Source: Hyphochytrium catenoides (taxonomy: Eukaryota > Protista > Hyphochytriomycota). Taken from it: DNA of 64,000 nucleotides. The DNA is taken from positions 1 to 64,000 of the forward strand of contig FLMG01000941.1 in the NCBI GenBank assembly GCA_900088475.1. Direction: 5' to 3'. A model generated the notes under the pieces. That model had not been told where the DNA came from and ran no database searches. It saw nothing but the letters and a program-made list of their open reading frames with translations. Positions 38,261 to 51,271 of the stretch are shown one piece after another. Made by a program: the position numbers and the translations under genes. Every line of letters begins with the position of its first letter. Position 1 is the stretch's first letter.

Positions 38261-38423
38261 TAAAGACACTCAATTGTCATTAGACCGTCAAAGAGCCTTT
38301 TCTCTTGGCAGCTCTGAGTCCACGTAGTGCTACTAACATGCACTGCTGGCGTCTATGTTTCAGAAGACCAAGAATTGCCAACCAGCGAGGGTACAGAGAT
38401 TGAATGACAATTGAGTGTCTTTA
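38261..38423. mobile_element. MITE-like element, 163 bp, with perfect 21-bp terminal inverted repeats (or 19-bp TIR plus TA target duplication)
   Basis: taaagacactcaattgtcatt (38261-38281) and aatgacaattgagtgtcttta (38403-38423). Confidence 0.7.
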
Positions 38424-38499
38424 GGAGGCGGGTGTGGTATGACAGACTGATTAATTTTGCTCTGCTGCCACAATCTCATTTCTAGCACCTGGTAGGTAA

Positions 38500-38686
38500 A
38501 AAATCCACAGGGATATTAGGGTGTCCTGGCGAGGTTGGAGGCTGGGCCTGACCTCCCTCACCTTCTAAAAGTGCGCTGTCAGCCTCAGCCTCTGTCGCTA
38601 GCCTACAACCCAGAGACAGTAGCAACGGGTAGAGGAGGCACAGCTGACTACACCAATGCCGCAGAACAGTCAACCGCTCGCCCGCC
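38500..38686 (-). ncRNA. Dispersed structured element, copy 3 (diverged)
   Basis: ggatattagg..tcctgg, gcaacgg..gag, aggcacagctgactac and cagtcaac..cccgcc shared with 30661-30855. Confidence 0.45.
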
Positions 38687-39040
38687 TGGCAGCTAGCTAT
38701 GTTTTTGGGCCCACTAAGTAGCGAGCGACCCCTCTACACTGGCGACGGGCACTAGAGGAGGACGGAGACGGTACCACTGGGAAGAGTCGGTCAATTATGA
38801 CTGGGTAGAAGGGACCACCCCTGATTAGGGTGAAGTAAGGTCGTAAATGCATTCTACCGCTGGGCTAATTGTAACAAGATGAAGAAGTGCCAAGGCAATG
38901 CTAGAAAGGTTCCGTCTGTTTCTGTTGGTAAAAGAGAAACGAAGAGATGTACAAGCTACAATTTTGACAGAGCAGGAGAAAGAAAAAAGGAGAGAGAGAC
39001 AGAGGAGGGAGAAGAGACAGACAGCGGGGAGGGAGGAGAA

Positions 39041-42000
39041 CTACTCCACAGAGGAAAGCTCCGTGCGACGGTCTCTTTCCTTTAGCAGGCTTGCCTTCTT
39101 CTTGAAGAAGGTAGCTCCCTTCTTTGTTTTCAGCTGTCCGCTCTGACCCTTCAGCGTCCCCTCGGACGTGAAGCCGCCACATCTGGGATGCAGGCTGCAC
39201 AGATAGGCGAGCTGTCCGATGTCTTGCGTCCAAATCTAATGAACACTAGTCTGAGCAAAATCTGAAAGCTTGAGCTCATCACACAGCAAAGAAAGCAGAG
39301 GCCAGGTCGAAGGGTCCGCTCGCAGCACGGACAAAGGATATAAAAGACAAAGGAGACGGAGAGAGAAAGAGTGGCGTTCACCTTGGTTGGCCCTAGCAGG
39401 TTCTCCCCATCATTAGTCATATCCTTCAATACTTCGTACGTCTCCCGCTCCTTGTCTCCGCCAAACATTGATAACAAATCCTTTGCAATGTGAATTGTCT
39501 GCCCCTCTCTATCCACCGGGTAAGCCTTATCTTCCTGGTACCACTGCTCTCCCAGGCGCAGTGCCTGAAATTCAAAGTCACCGACATTGACTGTGGACTG
39601 CGTTTGGACCGCCTCAGTGACTAATTTGGCTGCCATTGCCCAGCGATCCCGATAGTACGAGCCCATCAGCCCAGCCAGTTGCTTGCTAGCATAGTCATTG
39701 ATTTCTCCTCTGCAAGAGCAGGAAGCATACGTCAGTTATTTGGGCATGAAGAAAACATACCATAGAAAGTTTGACACAGAAACCAGCAAACTGAAAAAAA
39801 GAAACTAAGCTCAAGAAGGGTCAGCGCGGAACTGACATGGAAGGCTCTGTCAGTATCTTGAGAAAGGCGTGGGGGCCAAACGAGGCGAAGAAAAGGCAAG
39901 AACCATGAAGGAAGATAGAAAGAGAGGTATCTTTAAAGCAAAGAGGATAAAGTCCGTTTGAAGGAAGAGAGAAGAAAGGCATACTTCGGTCCCCACAGAG
40001 TGATCTGATTCTTAGCGTTAAGCTGATACTGTGCCTTCTCTTCTTTTGTCCGGCCCAACGCCATCGCTGCAGCGATCATCCTTCCGACCAGAAAGTTCTC
40101 ATCAGAAGCGAGAATCCGATCCAGAGCGTCAATAAGCGAGAGCAGCTACCGAGTACGAGAGACATAGAGAGAAGAGAGAATCAAAACAGAAAAGAGAAAG
40201 AGGGCAGTGGGAGCGTGAGTGGGAAGGCAAAAAGAGGTAGTGAGGTAATGCTTATATGGCCTTTCTCTTCTTCTCACTCGCCTTACAGTCTCCTCCCTCC
40301 CGTACCTCATCTCCGAGCCTCCGCAAGATCTTGTTGCTGTTCTCTTTAGTCTTCAGGTATCGCTGATACTCGGAGCTCCAGAGCGTGTGGACATCACGAA
40401 ATAGATTAACTAGCGACTGGCGCGTCACGTCCACTATGTCGTATTGTAGCGGCCCAGGAAGAGAGGATAGACCATCTGACAAACGGACCAACCGAGAAAG
40501 AAGAGGAGTTAGAGGGAGTGCTCCACCGACCACCATATGATCAGCACGAGAGCCAGATAGTATGTAGAGTGAAAAACTACCTGCGAATGTCAGGAGTTCC
40601 TTCCACGCTTCTAAAACAAGCGTAGCATTGGCGGCGCCCCAGCCTCCTGCCGGGGTGAACCTTGGCACGACGTCTACCAGAGATGCCACTAATCCAGACG
40701 AGTAGCACCCGCGGTAGAGCTTGTGCCACGCGGAGAGGAGCAAAGTAGATGCATTGCCATACCTAAGCGAGACGGTAGCATGACCGCGGATATAAAGCAG
40801 AGCAGGGCAACCTTCACTAAGTATGGCAAGGGGTCGTGGAGGCTAAGGAGACCAACAATACACGGACTCAGAGAAACCAGGGTACAGATAATTAGGAGTG
40901 CAGAATGAGATGCCCGTGTCGGCCCCCTCAACTCTCCTGACAGTCCGACAGGGTGACCTTCTTTGCACATTGTTTCCGTTACCCTNNNNNNNNNNNNNNN
41001 NNNNNNNNNNNNNNNNNNNNNNNNNNNNNNNNNNNNNNNNNNNNNNNNNNNNNNNNNNNNNNNNNNNNNNNNNNNNNNNNNNNNACTCTTGTCTGTCTGT
41101 TCCCTTTCTGTGTGCTAACACTGGTCCTTACCTCCGTTCTGCGTAAAGCTCAATCCATTTTGTTGGATTCATTTCCTGTTTTCCTCTCCATCCCATCTCC
41201 AGCATTAACTCATATAGAACAGGGTTCTGTTCAATTGCCTCGGGTGTCACTCCAGTTCCGATCATGGTGCTTCCTTTTCTCTTCCTTGCCCGAATAGGGT
41301 CCCGGAAGATCTTCTCGAGTCGCCCATACATCCCGCGCTTACCTCCAAAGTTATGCAGCTAGACACGGGTTGTGGACACAGTCAGAGTGCGAAGCGAAGT
41401 CAAAAGTATTCATTTTCTGCCAGATAAAGTAGAGAGCAGGAAAGAAGGAAAAGGCATCATTCTCAGAATATCGAGATGTGCAAGCAGAAGAGAGAAATTG
41501 AGAGCAAAGACCAACATAAGGCGGCGGTCTACCATGTTCCAAACGAAGGGCTTGCCATAGTATGAGTCATACTTCCAGGCCAAGATACGCTCTTCGCTCT
41601 GCAGGTCCAAGATGATCATCTCCTTGGATGGGACACCCGAGAGGTAGGCCTGAACATCGAGGCAAGAGATGAAATGCGGGTGAGTGAATCGCAATGCCCC
41701 TTGGCAAAAAAGACTGGTAGAGTAAGCAATTTTCACTCTCTCTTGCACACTTGCCCGTATCTCTCTCTCCCCTGACAAGTTTCTCTCGATTTGCCTTGTC
41801 GGCACCCTCCTGTTCGCGCACACCTGCCCCCATATATCTTCGTCCCTCGCGGTCTTTCATGTTCTCTCTCTCTCTGCCCTACTTTCTCCCTCACCTTCAC
41901 TCTCTCCGGTTCCTCCCAAAACCGGCTAATGAAGAGCCAGCCCTGCATGAGCCAGATTCCTTCCTTATCTCCTGCCTTGATCCCCTGAATTATTGCCCTT

Positions 42001-45000
42001 CCTGCTGCCTGCAGGTAACTCGGCTCTGCGCTTCTCGGGTCCATCTCGTTAAACATGTCACAGTTATATATGTGATCCGTCCCTGCGGAGACGGATAAGA
42101 GCAAAAAGATAGTTTCAGAAGAGTGCTAAAGGGTCGAGGGAAGGGCAACCGCGGACGGTAAGCAAGATGATCTGAGAAGCAGCAACGGGAAAATGAATCC
42201 CGTGCTGGGAAGAGAGCTTTAAAATACCACCGATGGTACGGCTAGTCGTGGGATAGGACAGAGACGTGACACAGAAAGAGCGAGAGACCGAGAGCGCGGC
42301 GGAGCGAACCAGGAAGACAGAGAGAAGGAAGAGAGGAAGAGAGAAAAAGAGAGATAGAGGAGAAGGAGAGGGGAAGAGAAAGAGAACTGAGAGAGAGAGA
42401 GAAGGAAGAGAGAGAGAGAGAGGAGAGAGAGACAAAAAGAAAGAGAGAGAGAGAGAGGAGAGAGAGACAAAAAGAAAGAGAGAGAGAGAACGGGAGAGAA
42501 AGATCAATAACGAGTTCCCTCCTTCATATTAGAGATAAAGAACGTTTATCTATAGGGAGTAAGGTGCAGAGTGCCACCGAGAAGAAAGACACGAAGGTTC
42601 TCACCCATTTCTTCTTTCACAATCTTGATGAACTTGGCTCCAATCTCCTCAAACATCGGATCTGTGGGCTCTAACTGATAGACATCAGCATACTTCGGAT
42701 CAAAATGTGCCCATCTGCAGGGGAAGAGACAGCACAGTGGGGGCACAAGTGTTGAGAGGGACCAAAGAGAATCAAGACGATGCAAGGGCTAGCTTGAGCC
42801 AGAAGAGAAGAGAGGCATATCAAGTAAGAGTGCAAGAGAGGTTAGGAGAATGGAGTTGGAAAATGGTGTAAGAGGGAGGTTTCTCGCATCTCTCTCTCTC
42901 TCTCTGTGCCTGTGTCTGTGTGTCTCTCTCTCCTGTAAGCTGCCTTCTTGTTGCTTTCCGTCTCGCCTACTTTGTAGCCTTCGTCACGTTGAGGCCGGGC
43001 ATCCGTTTCATAAGTCCTTCAGGGATAAAGCCTGAGAAGCAAGGCAGAACGGATTTCATCCCAAACTCTCTTTGTCTTTGCAGGATTTGTTTCCCTAGTT
43101 TGAGCTGCTCCTTCCGCCAATCGGGCCGCAGCGGGCCGCCCCAACCCTTTAAGTTACCCATTCTAAGGTAGAGCAGCGCAGAGAAAAACGACCAAATAGG
43201 GAACGCCCAGAAGAAGATCAGGGAGCTCTTAGTTTGTCAGTCATAGAGAACTGCTGCTTCAGTGCGGAATGAAGCAATTTGCTTAGATAGAGTGACGGAG
43301 AGAATGTGGACTTGATCAGAGACAAATCGATAGAGAGAGAATGATAGCATGGGTGTAACAGAGTTACTCAGACAGACTAAGTATATGTACCTCCCCCAAG
43401 CAAGAAAGGCGGGACCGGCGAAGAACTCCTCTAGTTCTTCCTCTGTGAGCCCATAAGATCTCCACAGTTGAGCCCACAAATATTCTTGGCCCGTAAAGGA
43501 TAGAGGCAAGTTGATGCCCTGTAGAGCTAACAGGGCAAAGCGCAAAGGTCATTATGAGAATAATAAGGATTGAGAGCGGCATACAAGGAGATGCAGTTGA
43601 GCTAGTCAGAGAAGAACAGCGAAGTGATGGAGTGTTGCAGAAGATTGTCCCACCCATAAAGTCAATTTCCTTCTCCCATCGTTCCCAGTCCCACGTCCAC
43701 ATTGAGTCTGCAGGGGTAACCGAGTTAGGACTTTCATTGAAAGGCTCTCTCTTTTCTCTCTCGCGCGCGCGGGCTCGCTCGCTCGCTTGTTATTCTTGTC
43801 TGTCTCTTTCTCAAACCAGCAAGCAGGTCACTCTACTCTCTCTTCTTCCCTTATTTCGCTTTATCTCTCTCACCAGCCATTGCTTGAGTCTTATTTACTT
43901 TCACATTAGACCATTGGCCCTCTTGGCTTGGATACATCCTGCCTACAAACCTCAACTCGGTCTCTTCCCGTGGTCGCTCAGGCTTTCCGGCTCCCCACGT
44001 ATTGCTCAGCAACTATGCGTACAGATCTCTACTATCCCATTACGTGACCAGCTCATCGTCTCTTTCCCATGCTTTGTCTCTGGCCCTGCTTACAGCACAA
44101 CCGTACATGAGAGCGTACAAACGTTAAGGTAATAGCGGTACTTGACGGGAGAGGTGATCTTGATGGGCGCAGATGGTTTCTGCGGGGGAATAGTCACTGC
44201 GAGAGATAGGTAGTAGTGAGTTACCGTCTCTTAACAGATGAAGAACAAGCAGGAGCGAGATGAATAGCAGAGTTATGGACAGGAGAAGAGAGAGAAGAGA
44301 GAAGAAGGACCACAAGACAGAAAAGAAGCAGAGACCGGCCCAGCAATGCAATCGGCGCAGTCTGGAATCTCAGCAGTAAGAAATACCATATACGCCGTTA
44401 ATAGCGGGAGAAGTGAAGAGGAATAGACCCTCAAAGCCTTACACGTCTTTAGCTGCTGGCCACTTCGGTTGACTCCCCAGCTGATGTGACACTTGGCCAC
44501 ATACTTAAGATACCAGTAGAGCCCAGAAGAGAGTGAGACACCAGAATTCCCACGGATCACTATCTTTCCTTCAGGACCCGCTGCGATTTCGAAGTTATCG
44601 GCTCCATCCGCGCCTAGGATAGTTGATCAAAGACGAAGGAGAGAGAGGTTGCCCCAGTCAGATAAGCTGAGATGGGCTAGGTCGAGGCGAAGGGCGGTAG
44701 CACTCGGTGGTAACAAGAACGAGGTGAGACAAGAGAGACAGATTAGTGGACAGCGAGAAGGCGAGGGAGAGAAGAGGAAAACACAAAGGGAAGAGGAGGA
44801 GAGAGCGAAAGGGAAGGGAAGGGAATGACGAACGAGACAGACTGGAAGAAGAGAGAGGCAGGAGTCTGAAGGGAAGGAAGAAAGGATGGCACCTGGCTGG
44901 ATAAGTTCATATATAAAATATCCCGTCGCGTGGGGCAGGAGACGGTGGAGCAGCTCCTCCGCGGCGCGAACAGCTTGAGGCTTTCTCCTTTGCTCTCTTT

Positions 45001-45295
45001 TGAAGTTCCGTTGAGAAGAAGCTAGAACAGGTGATGATGTCTCTTCCCCTCCCTGTCTCTCCGTCTCTTCACCCCTTCCCAAGGATCCCTCCGACCATCT
45101 CATCCCTCCTCCTCTATCTTGCACCATCAGCTCTTCTTGTGCCAGCCCTGGACTCTTCTCCATTTGCAAGAGAGATGTCCCAGACTCAAACGGCTTTAGT
45201 AGAGACTCCGTCAGCTGCAAGGCCGATGATGTTGGCCACTCTAATCGCCAGGACCAGAGCCCCAGCACCGAGAAGAAGAGAAGAGGAGACAACAT
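39041..45295 (-). CDS. NAGLU: Alpha-N-acetylglucosaminidase (GH89), ~15 exons
   Basis: Spliced motifs [109 protein letters not shown]; GT-AG introns. Confidence 0.95.
40986..41084. other. Assembly gap inside a NAGLU intron
   Basis: Run of N. Confidence 1.
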
Positions 45296-45847
45296 CTTTC
45301 GGCTAGTCTGCAATCCCTCTCCTACTTCTTCCTCTCTTCCCGTCACGACTCAGCTCTTGTGCTCTCTTGTCCCTCCTCAGGCACACGATAGATTGACGAC
45401 GTTACGGAAGGCTTGAAAGAAGGGAGAAGAAAGATCCCTAGCAACAAAGTCCACGGCTTGCAGAGGCCGGCGGAACTTGGACAGTCTACGGACTACGATG
45501 GCGATAAGGATGAGGAAAAGAAGCGTGAAGTAGGATGGTGAGAAGAAGAAAAAGAGAGGAGAGAGAAAGAGAAAAGAGAGAGGAAGGTAAGAACGAGAGG
45601 ACTGGATGAAAGAAAGAGAGAAAGAGAGAGAGGTCGCAGAAGGTGTTCTCTCTGACTGCTGATATTGAACTCGGATGGGACGCGAGTTCCTCTATTTCTT
45701 TGAATCTGCGATAACTGTCCTCTTCTCTGACTCTGAAAGCTATCATCGTGCCAACGAGGAGAGATCTTTCGAGCGAGAGAAAGGCCAGGTACATATCGCT
45801 CAGGACGCTTCGCATCTCTCTCCTTCTCTCTCTCTCTCTCACTATGT

Positions 45848-45880
<33 letters not shown>

Positions 45881-45950
45881 GCTCTCCCTCTCTCTCTCTC
45901 CCTCTCTCTCTCTACTCTCTCTCTACACTCTCTCTCTCTCTCTCTCTCTA

Positions 45951-45995
45951 NNNNNNNNNNNNNNNNNNNNNNNNNNNNNNNNNNNNNNNNNNNNN
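45951..45995. other. Assembly gap in a (CT)n tract
   Basis: Run of N flanked by ct repeats. Confidence 1.
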
Positions 45996-48319
45996 TCTCT
46001 CTCTCACACGCACACAAACACACAGTCAAAATGGATTCGCAACCTTTCAACTTCAACTTGGCAAAATCCAAGGTGGCCCCAGGATTGTCGTTATTATAGT
46101 GCCAACTAGCCCTAACACCTCCTAATCCCTTTGGTTGTAATTAGCGATTCCCCATAGGAGTTCTCCTCATAAAGGCAAACCACGTCTTTGGCTGCCTATT
46201 CCGACCAAAGATTTGCGCAAAGCAAGGACCAGAAGATGTTTGTCATCACTGTGGTGATTGACCCTTGACTCTCTTCTCCTCCATTCTTCATAATAAAGAG
46301 AGAAGATCAAATGATGATGCAACATCATCAGCGTCTTCTCTCCACAGAGGTGAAGCCTTGATCAGCCCCTGAGAAGCCTGAGAAGAACGCTACCTTACGC
46401 TAGAAGCTAGCAGGTGAAACCTCCTGCTGCTATATCACCCCGCCAAGGCAGGCCAGATGCCTCATCACAACCGTCCATCCATCCAGAAATTGCTGTTGCG
46501 GCACGACGGCGGTCGCCGTAGGGGGAAGGCAGCAGCGATATGATAAAAGCTTCTCATTTTGCCTGAGGCGGTGGAGCAGCAAGAACCGCATCACGCAGTA
46601 GCATAACATATAGTTGTCAGTCGATCGGCCAGAATGTCGAAGAAGAAAGCCCAAGCTTTGCGCCTTACAACGTCGCTCTTCTTCCAGGGATCGCTAGCGC
46701 TGACAAGAAGAGTTTGCGATGCGTTTGTTCTTATCAGGAGAGGAGCATAACGAGCATCTAGATCGAGTGCTATATTTCTTTATAAAAAAGAAGGGCAGTA
46801 TATTAGTGAGAAGATGAGGGTCGTAACTCCGTCGTTGGCACTTGTGTTGCTCTTCATCATTCCCACAGAGCAGGGCGGGCTGGAGTCTGCGCAGACGGGC
46901 GGACCAAGGACTTAATGCTCCTTCCGGAGGAGCTAAGAACGACTATAGGAAAGTGTTGATGTTTGTGCCGTGGTAGGAAAAAACAAAGCTCCACAGATTT
47001 CTGATGAGAGTACTGTAGCACGAGATAATGGCTGCACTTCCAAACTTTCGGTTCATTTTATTCGGTCTTTATATTCGTATCTAACCTTTGGCAGAACAGG
47101 GGATCAGCCAAAAAGGGGGGGTTACATCAGTCAGTTCATATTCGGTAGTTTGTCCTTATTTTGGGAGGATGAAGTTGTTGCATCATAGAGGGGGAGGGAG
47201 AGGGGCTGGCTCATCCTCACTTTCGTAACTGTTGCATGGTGCGGCGAGCGGGCAGAGGAAGAAGAAGGAGGAGGACGTGGTAGACGCTGCTAGGACGCGG
47301 CGGAGTGATGGGCAAGGAAGGCGAAGATCTGCTGATGGGCGGCAGGCAGAAGAGAGAACAAGACCAAGAGAGGAGGAAAGGAAACAGAGAGAGACAGAGA
47401 AGAGAAGAGAAAAGAGAGAAGAGAAGAGAGAGGAAGTCGACTAAGAAAGGCGAGACAGAGGGGGAAGGAGGAGGGAAGAGGTCGGGGGAGAGAATTGAAA
47501 AGAGGAGGACGAAAGTGCGAAACAGAAGCCAAACAGAAGGTAAAGACGATGTGGCTTCGTGCGTGGCTGGTACTATGACGGCTATGCACTACTGATGGGA
47601 CGGATCAGCAGAGTATGACCCCGCTTTACTGACACAGCGGCAGGGGATGTGCCAGAAGGGAGTCAAGAATAAAAAGGTCAAATGGTGCAATGGAACAGGA
47701 GAAGAAAGATTAGGAGGAGGAACGATGATGGAAGATGTGCGGAGACGACGAGGAGAGAGGCTCCTTATAACCTTTAGAATATCAGCAGATAGTAGACGAG
47801 AGATGTAGGAAAACAAAGCAGTTATTTGGAAAGACCTTGAGACGAGCCGGACAGCGATGAGACTCGGATAGTAGAGCGAGATAATGTCAGGAAGTGCCCC
47901 AGTCATTGTATTCTTCAGACTCTTAGAAGACTTAAGCCCATTATACACTGTCCCCTGCTGCATAGTTGACGATCTCTATCTTCTGGCTGCGCATGATGAC
48001 CGTAGCTTGTTTTGCCATGACGTTCCTGTCTTTCTTCTCTTTCATTGATTTCTTCGAAATACCAAGCTTTCTCTTTGGACGAACAACCACCTGCAAGGAG
48101 ATCTGAGAGAGCGAAAGAGTTGAAGGAAATCGACATAGAGAGACAGAAGGCACCAAAAGAGAGGAGGAGCAAGCACAGAAAGAAGGGAGATTCAAGGGTC
48201 AACTGCACGCACCTCAGCAGGGCCAAACGGACAACCAGACAAGGCTCATTCGTTGACGTTTCTCATAGGTAGAGCTGTTTTAGAATCAAAGAGTAGGGAA
48301 GGGACAGAGCTGCTTCGAG

Positions 48320-49975
48320 ATGCCACTTCTTCTCCACTGCCCGGAAACCAGCCCTGCGCTGTTGCTCTGTGGTTCCCTGATCCTCTTCCTTCGAGGAGAT
48401 CCGGTGCTTGATGAGGAAAGCCTGCTTTCTCTGAGAGGGGCTCGGACGGAGATCGACAGAGCTCTAGCTAGCAATGCAAGGCGCACTTTAGCGATAGGTA
48501 TGAGGGAAGAAAGCAATGTGACAGGAAAGGTTCAACAAGAGTCTTCTCTTCTTCCCGTACTGGAAGGAGGCCAGACCCGAGTGATCGGAGAGAAAGAGAA
48601 GGGACAAGAAGGGAAAGAAGGAGGTGCACATAGAAACAAAAGATGTCACGCTTCTCTTCTTCCGCTAGCAAGAGAAGAGGAGCAGCATCAGAAGACTCCA
48701 GAAGAAGGCCGCACCGGAAGAATCTCAACCGAGAAGGAAGAAGGGAGAAGCAGCAGCACAGAGAAGGCTGCCATGAAGGATATTGCAGAGGAAGGAAGGC
48801 AGCAGACTGGAGAGAGAAAGGAGGACGAAGTGATGGTCAAGCTGAAAAACAACGTGTCTCCGCTCTCCTCTCTCCTCAAGACTAAGAAGAAGAAGAATCT
48901 GGTCGTTTGTTGCTCTCCCTCATCCGTCTCCTCTTCCTCTGCATCCTCTGGTACCAGTCCAACAACCACCAACGTCCTCCTTCCCCGAGCGTCTCAAGGG
49001 ACTTCCCTCTTCTCTTCTTCCCCTCCTCCATCCCCTTCCTCCTCTTCCTCCTCCTTCACCTCTCTTACGAAGAAAGGAGGGAGAAGGAAGAAGAATGCTC
49101 TTCTCGCCCTCTATCCGTACACAGAGCTCACAGAGGCAGAGAGCTCTACGACAGTCATGCTACGATTCTTCGGCCCAAACTTTACCCGGCAGTGGCAGAG
49201 AAGGAGAAGGATCATCATCCCTCTAACCTGGGCAGCGGGCTATTACTTAGGCGCTTTTTTCACCGTTCTCTCTCCAAGAGAGAAAATGACGGACACGACG
49301 CGCTTTCTTATCACGTCGATGGTCTCGTCTCCCTGCCTCTTATGGATCCTGGTGCACTATTCGTCCCTTATGAATCTATCCCTTCTTCAGCAATCTCTTA
49401 GGATGTTTGATACACAGTGGTTTCTTTTGGAGAGTAGTCTGTTGCTTTGCGTCTTGCTACCCTTTATCTTCTGCTTGACTGGCTCCGCCGCTGTGTTTAG
49501 CGTTAACATCTTCCTTGGCTCTTGCATCGGCTTTGTTTTTTATGACAGTTTGCCAGTGTTTGCACGCCGAGGTCTGCGTATCTCTCTTTTCCTTAGTGCC
49601 TTCTTTTACGTCATGCTACTTCTTGTTCTTTATCTTCGTTTGTCACCTTTCCCTTGTTTCTACCGCCTGGATACTTCTGCCGAGACGCTTGTGACCTACG
49701 AAGAAGATGCGGCGACAGTACAGCGAGGTTGCTCCTATCCCCCGGAGCACCACTACGGGCCAGGAGATGAGAGTAATCAAACGGGAGAGAAGGAGCAAAG
49801 TGGAGGCTTTGGACTCCGAGTGTCTCTCTTTTTTGACTTTTGCCTGAACCGCTTGTTCACAGTCACTATCCTGACCCTCAAGATCTCCTACTCAGCCTTC
49901 GTTCACCCTCAAGACGGTATAATGCTGAAGTCCAGGCTGAGGTTGGTGGAGATGGCAAGGATTGATAGAGGCTAG
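48320..49975 (+). CDS. Multi-pass membrane protein (551-aa ORF) with a low-complexity N-terminus; paralog of 11716-12847
   Basis: Several hydrophobic segments in the C-terminal half; shared LL..SL..F, D.LP...RRG and CLNR.FT motifs. Confidence 0.75.
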   Translation: MPLLLHCPETSPALLLCGSLILFLRGDPVLDEESLLSLRGARTEIDRALASNARRTLAIGMREESNVTGKVQQESSLLPVLEGGQTRVIGEKEKGQEGKEGGAHRNKRCHASLLPLAREEEQHQKTPEEGRTGRISTEKEEGRSSSTEKAAMKDIAEEGRQQTGERKEDEVMVKLKNNVSPLSSLLKTKKKKNLVVCCSPSSVSSSSASSGTSPTTTNVLLPRASQGTSLFSSSPPPSPSSSSSSFTSLTKKGGRRKKNALLALYPYTELTEAESSTTVMLRFFGPNFTRQWQRRRRIIIPLTWAAGYYLGAFFTVLSPREKMTDTTRFLITSMVSSPCLLWILVHYSSLMNLSLLQQSLRMFDTQWFLLESSLLLCVLLPFIFCLTGSAAVFSVNIFLGSCIGFVFYDSLPVFARRGLRISLFLSAFFYVMLLLVLYLRLSPFPCFYRLDTSAETLVTYEEDAATVQRGCSYPPEHHYGPGDESNQTGEKEQSGGFGLRVSLFFDFCLNRLFTVTILTLKISYSAFVHPQDGIMLKSRLRLVEMARIDRG

Positions 49976-50251
49976 TGGCCAGTTGATAGAGTGTACTCGC
50001 CATATGCCCCCGCTCCCAACAGCAACGGCTGCTCAGAAAGGATAGAGCAATGAGCGCCGCGGCCAAAGGACAAGTTTAGAAGAGGACATAGCCCATCACC
50101 AGGGATAAGGTAGAATAGCAAGAGAAGGTCGACACTAAGGATGAGAGACGGACTCTTTTCTACCATCTCAGGAGTTACGTATTGGCCTCATTGGAGTCCA
50201 GCTTTTAATGAATCTCCTTCTCTCTCTGTCTATTCCTTACCTCCCTCTTCG

Positions 50252-51271
50252 TCAATCCTTAACCAAGTCAATGTAGGAACAAGCTTGAAGTGCTGCCTGT
50301 TCCTTGTCAAGGATGGGGACACTCTTTCCATTTCTCCTTGCCAGATACGCTGCATCTATCAGTACACGCTTGGAGTCCCATTCACCTGCCAAAAGGTCAT
50401 TAATCTCCGGAAACAGAAAGGTTTGCCGGTACGCTTCAACGTCATTAACCCTGAAGCCACGAATGGCCCTCTTTCGGCGGCGTCCTCCCAGTCTCATCTC
50501 AATGATTGTTTGGCCGGGCAGCTGTCCATCGTAGAAAGCTCCGTATATTGCAGAGAGACTGAGGATAAAGGTAGCATTTTGCTCTCTTTCGCTAGTTGGG
50601 GCCCGATCAAGCCTGGCTGATATGGTACTACTGTTGTCCTTCAGCTGATCGCAGAAGTCCAGCACCAACCCTGACACCAGTAGTGGAATGCCTTCGCCAG
50701 GTCTCTCCGTCTTCTGTGACACTGACGAACTAGCGATGCGGAAGATGTCAAAGACGGCTTGTTGATGCGTCGGGAAGTCCCAAGGCAACACAAAGCTTAA
50801 GCTCTGCATGTCCTCTAGCCCTACTTCGGCGGGATGGCGGGATGGCATGACGTTGCAGACAGCGTTTTGCAGAACGTAGCCCAGTTTTCGTCCATCGCTC
50901 GCGTCCATTTGTAAGCTGAGCTGTGGAATTTGGATATCCCTGCTTATCTCAGTGATGTTAGACGCATTTCTCTGGTCCTCCGTCGTATAGCAGGGAACTT
51001 CCATGTACATGGAAGGGCCGACATCGGTAGAAGAAGAGTTGCCATCGCGATCGGCTAGCTTCAAATAGAGGAGGATCGCCCCTACAATGAGTACAGCAAC
51101 AAGGACTATTGCAGCTACAACTAGCTTTAGCTTTCTCTTCTTTTTGCTCGTGTTCAACTTGTCGGCCTCGGTAGGACCATCCGCATAGACAACTTCTGCT
51201 TCCTCATGAGCAACGGCGTATACGTGCTGGCTCGCTTGTTTTGGGACAATCTCTACAACGATAGAGTCCAT
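50252..51271 (-). CDS. Type II single-pass membrane protein of unknown function (339 aa, intronless)
   Basis: KKKRK followed by TM LVVAAIVLVAVLIVGAILLYL; N-glycosylation sequons in the ectodomain; paralog at 53444. Confidence 0.8.
   Translation of the reverse strand: MDSIVVEIVPKQASQHVYAVAHEEAEVVYADGPTEADKLNTSKKKRKLKLVVAAIVLVAVLIVGAILLYLKLADRDGNSSSTDVGPSMYMEVPCYTTEDQRNASNITEISRDIQIPQLSLQMDASDGRKLGYVLQNAVCNVMPSRHPAEVGLEDMQSLSFVLPWDFPTHQQAVFDIFRIASSSVSQKTERPGEGIPLLVSGLVLDFCDQLKDNSSTISARLDRAPTSEREQNATFILSLSAIYGAFYDGQLPGQTIIEMRLGGRRRKRAIRGFRVNDVEAYRQTFLFPEINDLLAGEWDSKRVLIDAAYLARRNGKSVPILDKEQAALQACSYIDLVKD

Noticed and set aside
38481-38520. Helitron-like 3' end (hairpin followed by CTAG)
   Set aside because: The CTAG is absent from the other two copies and is not followed by T
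47915-48275. Possible minus-strand spliced mini-gene with an in-frame TGA (WPC*G, selenoprotein-like)
   Set aside because: An intron-like segment exists, but the reading frame is ambiguous and I see no SECIS or recognisable selenoprotein fold
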